A DNA stretch of 63,150 nt, filler included, from Octopus bimaculoides (lineage: Eukaryota): the NCBI RefSeq assembly GCF_001194135.2. It is 7 parts of 7 records of this genome, joined end to end, with 100 filler letters (N's around TTAATTAATTAA, not from the genome) between each part and the next. Parts side by side here need not be neighbours in the genome. Positions count along the whole stretch, not along the records: positions 12,219 to 33,534 come from NC_068992.1; positions 33,635 to 45,401 come from NC_068991.1; 5 more parts are not named here. One strand, written 5' to 3'. The translations under genes and the position numbers were made by a program. The notes beneath the pieces are model-generated. The model was not told the origin of the DNA. It did not search any database and saw nothing but the letters and a program-made list of their open reading frames with translations. Shown here in pieces: positions 24,006-36,236 of this stretch. Positions within the stretch are counted from its first letter, which is position 1. Every line of letters begins with the position of its first letter.

Positions 24006-24289
24006 CGCGTGGCTGTGTGGTAAGTAGCTTGCTTACTAACCACATGGTTCTGGGTTCAGTCCCACTGCGTGGCACCTTGAGCAAGTTTCTCCTACTATAG
24101 CCTCGAGCCGACGAAAGCCTTGTGAGTGGATTTGGTAGACGGAAACTGAAAGAAACCCGTCGTATTTATATGTATATGTATATATATATGTGTGTTTGTG
24201 TGTCTGTTTGTCCCCTCAACATCACTTGACAACCGATGTTGGTGTGTTTACGTCTACGTAACTTAGCGGTTCGGCAAATGAGACCGATG

Positions 24290-24292
<3 letters not shown>
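24006..24292 (+). mobile_element. SINE family A, 3'-truncated
   Basis: GCGTGGCTGTGTGGTAAG head through GAGACCGAT. Confidence 0.9.
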
Positions 24293-24364
<72 letters not shown>

Positions 24365-25006
24365 TGTGTGTGTGCGTGTATACACATGCATATATCTACA
24401 CACAAACACACACACACACACACATATATAAATTTATATCCACAATATAAATGTGTGCGCGGGCGCGTGTCTGTGTTTGTTTACAGGGAGATAGTTACAT
24501 AAACAGGTAGATTGTTAGATAGGCTTAAAAATAAACAGCTAGCAGTGAACAACAATTATTGTTCTTTAAATATTTGAATTTTAGTTGGTAATGCATTTCT
24601 TTAAATTAACCTACTAATGCAAAACTATATGTAATTGCATATACAAATGCATATATATATATATATATATANNNNNNNNNNNNNNNNNNNNNNNNNNNNN
24701 NNNNNNNNNNNNNNNNNNNNNNNNNNNNNNNNNNNNNNNNNNNNNNNATATTAATATATATTTATTGATATATTTATATATACGCATACAAATATGTATG
24801 AATGTATACACATATATATGTTGGTAAGTTTATAATTAAGTACTTAAATGACACATAGATAAGTGTATTGAAAGATAGGAATATAAATGGAGATGAATTT
24901 TGAGTGACTTCAAGCTACATAGATGCAATTATTCGTGGAAATATAAGTAAAATGCTATTTACGAAACAATCTGTGCGGTTGTGAGTATAAAGAAACATAT
25001 ACACAG

Positions 25007-25045
<39 letters not shown>

Positions 25046-25473
25046 GGTGTGTATGTATGAGTGTGTTCGTGTGTTTCTGTGTGTGTGTGTGGATATATTT
25101 ATTCATCGCTGTCTCTATTGTTTAACCTGTTAATATAGATATGTATAGAGAAAGAAAGAGAGAGGTAAGAGAATGAGGGAAAGAGAGAGAGAGAGAGAAA
25201 GACAAACGTTGGGTGTGTGAGCCAGATACACAGAGTGGGAGAGAAAGTGAAAGAGAAGGAGAGGAAGAGCGAAGAAGGAGAGAGAGAAAGAGAGGAGATG
25301 GAAAAACTATAAAGTATGTTGAAAATGTCTTATGTGGCTGTTCTCTTTGGCAATAAGGCATTAAGAAATGTATGTTCCCCTAAATTGAATTAAATTTCAG
25401 ACCGTATTTTATGAAATTAAATTTCTTTATATTGGCCATCATAATGAAGTGGTTCATTACACACACACACACA

Positions 25474-25522
<49 letters not shown>

Positions 25523-26060
25523 NNNNNNNNNNNNNNNNNNNNNNNNNNNNNNNNNNNNNNNNNNNNNNNNNNNNNNNNNNNNNNNNNNNNNNNNNNNNNN
25601 NNNNNNNNNNNNNNNNNNNNNNNNNNNNNNNNNNNNNNNNNNNNNNNNNNNNNNNNNNNNNNNNNNNNNNNNNNNNNNNNNNNNNNNNNNNNNNNNNNNN
25701 NNNNNNNNNNNNNNNNNNNNNNNNNNNNNNNNNNNNNNNNNNNNNNNNNNNNNNNNNNNNNNNNNNNNNNNNNNNNNNNNNNNNNNNNNNNNNNNNNNNN
25801 NNNNNNNNNNNNNNNNNNNNNNNNNNNNNNNNNNNNNNNNNNNNNNNNNNNNNNNNNNNNNNNNNNNNNNNNNNNNNNNNNNNNNNNNNNNNNNNNNNNN
25901 NNNNNNNNNNNNNNNNNNNNNNNNNNNNNNNNNNNNNNNNNNNNNNNNNNNNNNNNNNNNNNNNNNNNNNNNNNNNNNNNNNNNNNNNNNNNNNNNNNNN
26001 NNNNNNNNNNNNNNNNNNNNNNNNNNNNNNNNNNNNNNNNNNNNNNNNNNNNNNNNNNNN

Positions 26061-26117
<57 letters not shown>

Positions 26118-26481
26118 ACATACCTATATATAATGTGTATATATGTATGTATTCAATATGATTTGCAATTTTTTATGGTATTTAGTAGTTTCTAAACTAA
26201 TACATTTTTCGTTTAAGCTGAATCTTTATAAATATCTTTAGATTTTATATTATAAATTAAGAATTATCTATGAAAAAATGTTTATGAATTTTGAAATGGT
26301 TGTGTGAGACATTGAAAATAATTCCTGCGGATTTTGTTGCATGTATCTTGAGCTATGGGTCAGTATTTGTGAGGCATTTTAGAACCTCAATTTCAGAGAT
26401 TTTATCCTGTCCCGTATTATTGGAGCTGTTTTCATTCTTATCATCATCTATATAATACGATGAATGTTGATTATAAAACAC

Positions 26482-26640
26482 ACACATATGTTTATATCTG
26501 GCATTCCGGCGGTTACACATATGTTTATTTCTGGCACTCCGGCGGTTACGATGACGCGGGTTCGAATTTGATCCGACCAACAGAACGGCTGAGCCCTCCA
26601 CAGACACGTGCCCTCATAAATGTAGTATTCAGCAAGATTC
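26482..26640 (-). mobile_element. SINE family D 3' part, internally deleted, with duplicated 3' end
   Basis: ACGATGACGCGGGTTCGAATTTGATCCGACCAAC..GGCTGAGCCCTCCACAGACACGTG aligns with 58845-58945. Confidence 0.65.
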
Positions 26641-26654
26641 AGCGTGAATATAAA

Positions 26655-27337
26655 TAGGCTCATGCGTGGCTGTGTGGAAAGACATTTTTTTCCAAACAAC
26701 ATGGTTCTTGGTGGGTTCAGTTCTACTCCACTACCTGGCACATTGGTCAAGTGTCGGCTACTACGTCCTCGGGTCAACGAAACCCTTGTGAGTGGATTTG
26801 GTAGACGGAAGTAGGAAAAATCTCGTCGTACATACATACATACATACATACATATGTATGTAAGTGTGTGTGTATATATATTTGTATATATGTGTGTGTG
26901 TATATATATATNNNNNNNNNNNNNNNNNNNNNNNNNNNNNNNNNNNNNNNNNNNNNNNNNNNNNNNNNNNNNNNNNNNNNNNNNNNNNNNNNNNTTGTAT
27001 ATATATATATATTTGTATATATGTGTGTAAATACACACACACACACATACACAAACATATATTTGTACATGGATATATATATATATATATCAGATTGGTG
27101 TAAAAGTATGTATGTATGTATGCTTATGTGTTTCTCTGTGTTTGTCCATCACAATTGCTTGACAACCGGTGCTACTGTGCTTACTGTAACTTAGAGTTTC
27201 GACAAAAAACAACCGATAGAATAAGTGTCAGGCTTAATAACAAGAACTAGGTTAATTCAATGGACTAAAATCTTCATGGTGGGGCACCTGGATGGTCGCA
27301 GTGTAATGAGTGGAACAAGTAAAGAAGGGTAAAAGAT
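26655..27337 (+). mobile_element. SINE family A with expanded internal microsatellite and gap
   Basis: Head at 26655, GGATTTGGTAGACGGAAG, body GCTTGACAACCGG, tail GGAACAAGTAAAG. Confidence 0.85.
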
Positions 27338-28014
27338 AGAGTGACTGAGAGAGAGAGAGAGAGAGAGGTGGTGAGGGTGAGAGAGAGACAGAGAGACAGA
27401 TAGGGACTGACAGACCGATAGAGAGAAAAAGTGAATGAGAGTCCAAGATAGGCACGGCACGTATTTTATGAAGCGCTTCAATGAGGACGTAAAACAACAT
27501 TCTACATTGCGATCACGTTGAGTTCAGTGACTGAGCAGAGTGGAATTGTGACTTTTCTGACTTTCTTTAGCTTAATAAATGGGCAAACGAAATTTATGAG
27601 AATAACCTATGATATATTGCTCGCGTGAAAAATAAATAAAATAAATAAAAAAAACTAGTTTTATGTAATTAAATTTTTTAAAATTAATTATCTTTCAATT
27701 GAATTGTAGTTTTAAATAGTTTTGTCTATACGTGTCGACAGAAGGGAAAGTAGAATTTTTTTTCTAAAAAGTTATCTTCGTTTTCTCAATACATGATTTA
27801 TAACTGCGAAAATAAAAAGTCAGGTAAATGTAAATTTAATATTTTTACTATAATACAAATTTCCAGACGCTTTTCTTTTCGTTTTCATTCTTCCTTTCGT
27901 TTTAAAATGGTAAGTCCCATGGTGTCGATTTTTTTCTAGTGTTTCCTGCGCTTTCCTGTGCTCACTTCAGATACTTATGAAGTTCGCTTTCACAACACTT
28001 AGGGACAATTATTA

Positions 28015-28148
28015 ACATTATTTACATTCGACGTATATTTGTGCTCATCTTGTTTGTTGTTAACGCAACGTTTCGGCTGATATACCCTCCAAATATCCGT
28101 CGAATGTAAATAATGTAAAAAAATTCCTCATCTCTTGAATATAGAACT
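28015..28148 (+). mobile_element. Penelope-type terminal segment with 5' inversion (family of 39217-39546)
   Basis: 28015-28090 is the reverse complement of GGAGGGTATATCAGCCGAAACGTT..GTAAATAATG; 28091-28148 is the forward 3' end ..CCTCATCTCTTGAATATAGAACT. Confidence 0.8.
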
Positions 28149-28357
28149 TAGGAACAATGTTAGTTTATTTATTACAGATATTATTACACTAACCAATTTC
28201 GTTATACAATAAATTATTTATTGCTTCATAGAACATGGAATCTAGTACCAGTACAAATAATTTCTAGACATATCACTTCTATTTTAGCAATATCTATGAT
28301 GTTAAAATGACACCCCGGTACCCCACTTCTTCTACACCAAGTGTAGCTATGCCAACA

Positions 28358-28891
28358 CTATGGAATAACAACAACAAAATGATGGTATTAAGACACGCCA
28401 GAAAAGGTCACTGAAAACGAGAAAGCAACCATACTCTGGGATATGCCAATACACACAGATAGAGAAATTAAGGCAAATAGACCAGATATAGTTGTCAAAG
28501 ATCATGAAGAAAAAAAGTACTTTCTAATTGATATATCAATACCAGCAGATGACAACGTTTCCCTAAAAGAAATGGAGAAACTTTCAATATACAAAGACCT
28601 GGAAATAGAGGTAACTCGAATTTGGAATCTAAACACAAACAATTCCTATCATAGTAGGCACCTTGGGTATGATAAAAAAATATTCAGACAAATACATAAC
28701 AAAAACACCAGGACTTACAAATATATATAACGTACAGAAAATTGCACTACTGGGCACTACTCACATCCTACGCAAAACACTTTCAATACAATAACCATAA
28801 GAACATCACGACAAATCACAGCACATACCCAAGGCTCACAGAGCTGCGCTCGGTAGTGAAGTGAAAGCACGTTATAAAAAAAAAACTACTG
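28358..28891 (+). mobile_element. R4/Dong-clade 3' part with PD-(D/E)xK restriction-like endonuclease
   Basis: TPEKVTENEKATILWDMPIHTDREIKANRPDIVVKDHEEKKYFLIDISIPADDNVSLKEMEKLSIYKDLE; frameshift near the end; (AAT)n tail 28891-28980. Confidence 0.93.
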
Positions 28892-28898
28892 AATAATA

Positions 28899-28981
<83 letters not shown>

Positions 28982-28987
28982 GTTCTA

Positions 28988-29054
28988 TATAGGCCGACCA
29001 AAGCCTTGTGAGTGGATTTGGTAGACGGAAACTGGAAGAATCCCGTTGCATATG

Positions 29055-29112
<58 letters not shown>

Positions 29113-29310
29113 TATGTCCGTTTTTGTTCCCCCCAATATCGCTTGACAACCGATGCTGGTGTGTTTAAGTCCCCGTAACTTAACGGTTCAGCAAAATAAA
29201 ATAAGTACTATGCCTACCCAGAATAAGCACTGGGGTCGATTTGCGCGACTAAAGACGGTGCTCCAGCATGGCCGTATTCAAATGACTGAAACAAGTAAAA
29301 GAAAGAAAGA
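28988..29310 (+). mobile_element. SINE family A, 5'-truncated
   Basis: GGCCGACCAAAGCCTTGTGAGTGGATTTGG through GACTGAAACAAGTAAAAG. Confidence 0.9.
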
Positions 29311-29315
29311 AAAAA

Positions 29316-29449
29316 ATTTAAGAGATGAGGAATTATGTACATTATTTACATTATTTACATTATTTACATTATTTACAGGGTATATCAGCCGAAACGTTGT
29401 GTTAAGAACAAACAAGATGAGGACAAATATCCGTTAAATGTAAATAATA
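29316..29449 (-). mobile_element. Penelope-type terminal segment with 5' inversion, second copy
   Basis: 29316-29377 is the reverse complement of the 3' end, with an expanded ACATTATTT 9-mer; 29378-29449 is forward GGGTATATCAGCCGAAACGTTGTGTT..GTAAATAAT. Confidence 0.8.
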
Positions 29450-31101
29450 ATAATAATAATAATAATGATAACAATAATAATAATAACATTAATATTTTAA
29501 ATGAATATTAGATTCAGACATTAATCATTTAACTAATATCCCATCAAGGTGATTTTATTATTTTCTAAAAAAAAACCAAAAAAAAAAACCAATGTTTCAA
29601 AAAATATAAAAGAATTCAGTTTTAGGTTATAATGGCGTCTGCGCAGACATCAAAACATTTGTTAGGAAACTTGCATTCTTCTACTACTGCCTTCTCTTAT
29701 CTTTTTCTTCTTCGTCCTATGATGATGGTTATACTGTTGTTGATGATGGAGTCACTATCATCATCATCATCATCATCGTCATCGTCGTCGTCAGTGTTTA
29801 TGGCCTTGTGCCAACGGTAAGAAATCCTATTATTTCAGTAGAAGCACACAATATGCCAGGCTACTAAGAATTTCTTAGGCCTTTAGGACAGATGATTTCA
29901 TAGTGTTTCAAGAATTCCAGACATTACTTTTCTCAATAATGCTACGGTTCTACACTGCACAGTCTTCTTCTTTATGTTCCAACAAAATTCTTCTATCGAT
30001 TTAGTTCCTTTAATTAACTTGCACACTTGTCTTTCAAATTCTTTCATTCAAGACAACCAATAGACATTTCACTCAGTATTTTCGTCGTGCCTTATCTTCC
30101 TTTGATGCTTTTCAAAGGGTAATTGTTAGTAATTTCACATTTCCAATTGCTTTTCACCTTTTTTTTTCCTTTGATTTTGTTTTTGCATTTCTCACAGGGA
30201 CACAGCATATCGATAATACATATCTTTGCGGTTTGCTATTTCCTAAAATTATATATAGCCGTTAGGCTGAAATGCACTAACGTATGTCGTAATCAAAATC
30301 GCAAAGCAGTTACTCTTTCCTTTATCTCCAGTACAGTCGTCTATCTTATCTAGTTTTAAATGGAATATTTCTAAACTAACTCATCGTTTTACCGAAATAC
30401 TCCTCATAATACACATTTAAAAAAAATAACATCGTTTTCCCGCATGTGTCTTACTTAGATGTAAGAAAGTAGAGGTTATTTCTAGCCTTTCCTTCTCTAA
30501 CCAGCTCCAATATGTTTCTTCCGTCTACTCCATTTTCTCCCGAATTCTATATATCTGTTATTTTTTTCCACCGACATATTAATAACAGAGCATGGATATA
30601 TGTAACTTATTCACAGCTTAATCACGTATTTTATGAGTATAAAAAAATATATGCTGATACTTTGCATATCCAGTTTTGTTTTGAAAAAGCCTACATCCAC
30701 ACCATGTACATATATATGCTTATATATGTACATCTATGCATATTTATAATTGCCTCCATTGAGATTATTAAGCAGAATATAGGTCACTTAGATCACTACA
30801 ACTCCAGCCTGAATTTTATTTGCGAGTATTAACACTAGCAATCTCAAAATAAAGCAGTATATTATATATATATATATATATATATNNNNNNNNNNNNNNN
30901 NNNNNNNNNNNNNNNNNNNNNNNNNNNNNNNNNNNNNNNNNNNNNNNNNNNNNNNNNNNNNNNNNNNNNNNNNNNNNNNNNNNNNNNNNNNNNNNNNNNN
31001 NNNNNNNNNNNNNNNNNNNNNNNNNNNNNNNNNNNNNNNNNNNNNNNNNNNNNNNNNNNNNNNNNNNNNNNNNNNNTGTGTGTGTGTGTGTGTGTTTGTA
31101 T

Positions 31102-31136
<35 letters not shown>

Positions 31137-31815
31137 TATGCATTCACACATACATATATCCATATGTGATGGTGGAACCAGTGTATGTGTCCTTGCATAT
31201 AGTCAGATAGATAAATAAATTGATAGGTGGTTACATAAACAGTCAGACAAGCAGATACGATGTATGAATTTGTGAATGCGTACTTGTGTATATCTGAGCC
31301 ACAATTAAGTTTTCTCTAGCCAGGAGAATCTTCATGTAGAATATTACAAAAGAATATTGACGAACCAACTACTCTATTACAATGACCATTCTTGACAGTT
31401 GCAATTTCAGTATAACAGTGTAGAAGTCTCAGATTTCCTGCTACTTGCAGAGATATCACGATATCCGTAGACGCCTATTCGTTTAAACCTCTAAGTTATT
31501 GTTGGATAATAATAATAACATTTTATCAGGCATCACTGGTATTCGATGGCATTAAGATACTTCATATTATGCCGGAAATACGAGGAATATATTTCCATAG
31601 GTTGTGGATGTCAATACGATATATATAAATAAATGATGTTAATATATCGTACATATTTTCAGACTTTACATAAATATATATGTGTGTGTATGTATGTACG
31701 TATGCATGTATGTATGTATGGATGCATGTATGTATGAATACATGCATGTGTCTATCTATCCACTTATATAGATATACATATAAGAATACATACACATATG
31801 GACGGATGTGTCTAC

Positions 31816-31868
<53 letters not shown>

Positions 31869-32057
31869 TAGTGATATATACATACATATTATGCATGTAT
31901 ATGTATATATATGTATATATACATACATATGTATGTATATCTATATATGCATGCACACACACACACACACACGCAGACACACAGACACTCACACGCACGC
32001 AAACACACACTCACAAGCACACACACACAAAAACACACACACACGAGCACACACACG

Positions 32058-32090
<33 letters not shown>

Positions 32091-32093
<3 letters not shown>

Positions 32094-32412
32094 GAAGTTC
32101 CGAGTCGGTGAAATGGATGAGCTACTGGGATAAGCTACAAGAACTGAAGCTCTACTCCCTGGAGAGAAAGTGAGAAATGTCTGCAGTGTTATACATATGG
32201 AAGATTCTGCAATGTCAAGCTCCCAACTTTGGAATTGAAAACGATACCAGCCACCGAACTGGAGGGCACAGCATAACACCAACGATATTGCCTTCTTCAT
32301 CACAGATAAGGAGCTAGTATTGCAGCAGCTTGGCATTCAGTGGATGAAAGCCGTTTAAAATCCTTCCAAGGAACTTACGAGATCTGCAAGATGTAGAAGT
32401 GGAAACGTTTAA
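32091..32412 (+). mobile_element. CR1/L2-group LINE ORF2 C-terminal remnant
   Basis: [30 protein letters not shown]; homologous to 51763-52251. Confidence 0.8.
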
Positions 32413-32439
32413 AATTTCAGGTCTTGTGCCTATAGTAAA

Positions 32440-32502
<63 letters not shown>

Positions 32503-32503
32503 C

Positions 32504-32700
32504 AAAGCAGTGAGCTGGCAGAATCGTTCGCACGCTGGGAGAAATACTTAGCGGTATTTCGTCTGTCTTTGTGTTCTGAGTCCAAATTCCTCCGAGGTCG
32601 GCTTTACCTTTCATCCGTACGGAGTCGATACATTAAGTGCCAGTTGCGTACTGAGGTCAACCTAATCGACATCCCCCCTCCTCCTATAGTAGAAAAGATC
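32504..32700 (+). mobile_element. SINE family B
   Basis: GAGCTGGCAGAATCGTT head after (TTA)n; ACCTTTCATCC..GTCGATACATTAAGTGCCAG body. Confidence 0.88.
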
Positions 32701-33490
32701 ATCATCATCACAGTTGGGGATGATAAATATAGTAAATTAAAAAGGAGATGCCGACTAGAGTGAATTAAATAGAGTTCGTAATATGATTGGTTCTTTTCTT
32801 TTTCATAATGTTTCCCGCTCGTCCAGGAAAAAAAATGAAAGCCAAGCATATTTAACCTTCGTAACTAAATAACAAGAGATATTATGTCTGGAGCTCGTTC
32901 GGTTCTGCCAAAACTAATAATAAGCAAAAGAAATAATATTTGTGCAAATACGAATTATCTGATGGAAATGTCTTCCACTTGAGATATACGCATTTTTAAT
33001 TTAATATGTCACGTAAAATAACCATTAGTTTCTTCTTTTAAACGTTCTTCTTGGTTTCCAGTTCGTGTACTTTTTTCATTATCATATACTACACAGACAT
33101 ACACCAACAAAGAAACTTGCGCATACACACACACACATAAATAAGTAATACGTAAATAAATGTTATGCTCAAACAGGTACGTATGTACCAGCATTTATCA
33201 TCTATGAGTCTATCTAAGTGTATATAAATATGCATAAACGCAGGCGCACACACACATATATACAAACACACACGCACACATACATGTGTGCGTGTATGTG
33301 TATGTGTCTATGTGTGTGTGTATGTAACTGTGTGTCTGTGTGTGTATGTATGCAAGTATGTATATTTTAATAGATGCCGATTGTCCTCAGCACATTCCGA
33401 TGGACAATTAACTCGAACCTAAATCTTATCAAAGATATGTGCCCTTTTCTGTCGCTACCAAATTATTTATCTACCAACGTATTCCTGAGT

Positions 33491-33522
<32 letters not shown>

Positions 33523-33706
33523 CATATATATATANNNNNNNNNNNNNNNNNNNNNNNNNNNNNNNNNNNNNNNNNNNNTTAATTAATTAANNNNNNNNNN
33601 NNNNNNNNNNNNNNNNNNNNNNNNNNNNNNNNNNTATATATGTATATATATATATATATATATGTATGTATATATGTATGTATATATGTATGTATATGTA
33701 TATACC

Positions 33707-33747
<41 letters not shown>

Positions 33748-34201
33748 GTATATATATATATGTATGTATACATATATATTTATATATATTCATTCATATG
33801 TGTGTGTGTGTGTGTGTACGTATGTGTGTGTGTGAATGTGTGTGTATTTCTTGATATATGTTCATAGCTAGATAGTGTTACACGCACAAAGTCACCTACG
33901 TATGTATAGTTACTGAAAAAAAAAATATATATATAGAGAGAGAGAGCTACATGCAAATGAGCGTAAACTTACAAAAGCACAGAGACGGACGTACACTCAC
34001 ATTCAGATGTACACACAGGCACGGGTTTACATGCAACAGAAATGGGAGCATACTTATAAACATAACCCCATCCCTGCAAATATGTATGTGTATGTGTGTG
34101 TGTATGTGTGTGTGTGCAAGCAGAAACGCACATATTTATTGCAGATGAGCTCCTGCGTGTGTATATATATATATACATACATACATACATACATACATAC
34201 T

Positions 34202-34258
<57 letters not shown>

Positions 34259-35000
34259 ATATACACACACACATATATATGTATATATGTATGTATGTAT
34301 GTATATTCATATGTAGGTGTGTATACATCAGTGCATATATATGGAGACGAGCTTTCTGTTAAAATGCTTAAAAAACACAAGTGTGTCCTATTTAANNNNN
34401 NNNNNNNNNNNNNNNNNNNNNNNNNNNNNNNNNNNNNNNNNNNNNNNNNNNNNNNNNNNNNNNNNNNNNNNNNNNNNNNNNNNNNNNNNNNNNNNNNNNN
34501 NNNNNNNNNNNNNNNNNNNNNNNNNNNNNNNNNNNNNNNNNNNNNNNNNNNNNNNNNNNNNNNNNNNNNNNNNNNNNNNNNNNNNNNNNNNNNNNNNNNN
34601 NNNNNNNNNNNNNNNNNNNNNNNNNNNNNNNNNNNNNNNNNNNNNNNNNNNNNNNNNNNNNNNNNNNNNNNNNNNNNNNNNNNNNNNNNNNNNNNNNNNN
34701 NNNNNNNNNNNNNNNNNNNNNNNNNNNNNNNNNNNNNNNNNNNNNNNNNNNNNNNNNNNNNNNNNNNNNNNNNNNNNNNNNNNNNNNNNNNNNNNNNNNN
34801 NNNNNNNNNNNNNNNNNNNNATAAGGAGAGAGAGCGAGAAAGAGAAAGAAAGACAGACAGACAGATACATATGTATATATATATTGGAGTATGTAGAATA
34901 AATATACAGAAAACAGAAAAACAAAACTCACAATGGACGTGGATAAACCCGTCTCTCATCAGCCATCAATCAAAGACCAACGCAATTTCGACACTTTCTG

Positions 35001-35056
<56 letters not shown>

Positions 35057-35399
35057 ATAGATATGCGAAAATTCCAATGAAAGTCATACTGACTATTTCA
35101 ATCCCGATTGAGACGTCGCTCAGTTTAACAAGATCTCCGACAGGGTGACCAACATCGACAACTCTTGGATTCATCCAAAGCCGACTTCCCTTCTGATCAA
35201 CTCTTGACAAATTACTCCGCTGGCTTCCTTTAAGGCTTCTATGCCGACCCCCTCTTCGCATTTTCCAGCAGTAAGAAATCTCAGAGGCCAAGGCCTAAAC
35301 CAGTTATTATCACCTATGACTTACCAGCAAAAGAAGACGTGAGTATCTTCTGCGATGTCCATGTCATGCAGTGATCCATCAATACTGTTGGGCGAAACT

Positions 35400-35640
35400 C
35401 ATTTCTTATTTCTTTATTGCCCACAAGGGGCTACACATAGAGGGGACAAACAAGGACAGACAAAGCGATTAAGTCGATTACATCGACCCCAGTGGGTAAC
35501 TGGTACTTAATTTATCGACCCCGAAAGGATTAAAAGCAATGTCGACCTCGGCGGAATTTGAACTCATAACGTAACGGCAGATGAAATACCGCTAAGCATT
35601 TCTCCCTGCGTGCTAACGTTTCTGCCACCTCGTCACCTTA
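35400..35640 (-). mobile_element. SINE family B with alternative tail (type 3)
   Basis: Standard head and body; tail on minus strand CTTTGTCTGTCCTTGTTTGTCCCCTCTATGTGTAGCCCCTTGTGGGCAATAAAGAAATAAG. Confidence 0.88.
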
Positions 35641-36236
35641 GCGTGCTAACGTTTCTGCCACCTCGTCACCTTAGCGTGCTAACGTTTCTGCCACCTCGTC
35701 ACCTTAGNNNNNNNNNNNNNNNNNNNNNNNNNNNNNNNNNNNNNNNNNNNNNNNNNNNNNNNNNNNNNNNNNNNNNNNNNNNNNNNNNNNNNNNNNNNNN
35801 NNNNNNNNNNNNNNNNNNNNNNNNNNNNNNNNNNNNNNNNNNNNNNNNNNNNNNNNNNNNNNNNNNNNNNNNNNNNNNNNNNNNNNNNNNNNNNNNNNNN
35901 NNNNNNNNNNNNNNNNNNNNNNNNNNNNNNNNNNNNNNNNNNNNNNNNNNNNNNNNNNNNNNNNNNNNNNNNNNNNNNNNNNNNNNNNNNNNNNNNNNNN
36001 NNNNNNNNNNNNNNNNNNNNNNNNNNNNNNNNNNNNNNNNNNNNNNNNNNNNNNNNNNNNNNNNNNNNNNNNNNNNNNNACGTTTCTGCCACCTCGTCAC
36101 CTTAGCGTGCTAACGTTTCTGCCACCTCGTCACCTTAGCGTGCTAACGTTTCTGCCACCTCGTCACCTTAGCGTGCTAACGTTTCTGCCACCTCGTCACC
36201 TTAGCGTGCTAACGTTTCTGCCAGCTTGCTGCCTTT
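35608..36236 (-). repeat. 33-bp tandem array made from the SINE-B 5' end
   Basis: Unit GCGTGCTAACGTTTCTGCCACCTCGTCACCTTA; 3 units, N gap, about 5 more units. Confidence 0.95.

Noticed and set aside
30198-30281. 84-nt exon candidate GHSISIIHIFAVCYFLKLYIAVRLKCTN, loosely like class B GPCR TM1
   Set aside because: Spacing to the Cys differs, hydrophobicity is expected from T-rich DNA, and no other receptor exons are seen.
35608-36236. CRISPR-like 33-bp repeat array
   Set aside because: Units are contiguous with no spacers, there are no cas genes, and the unit is SINE-derived.
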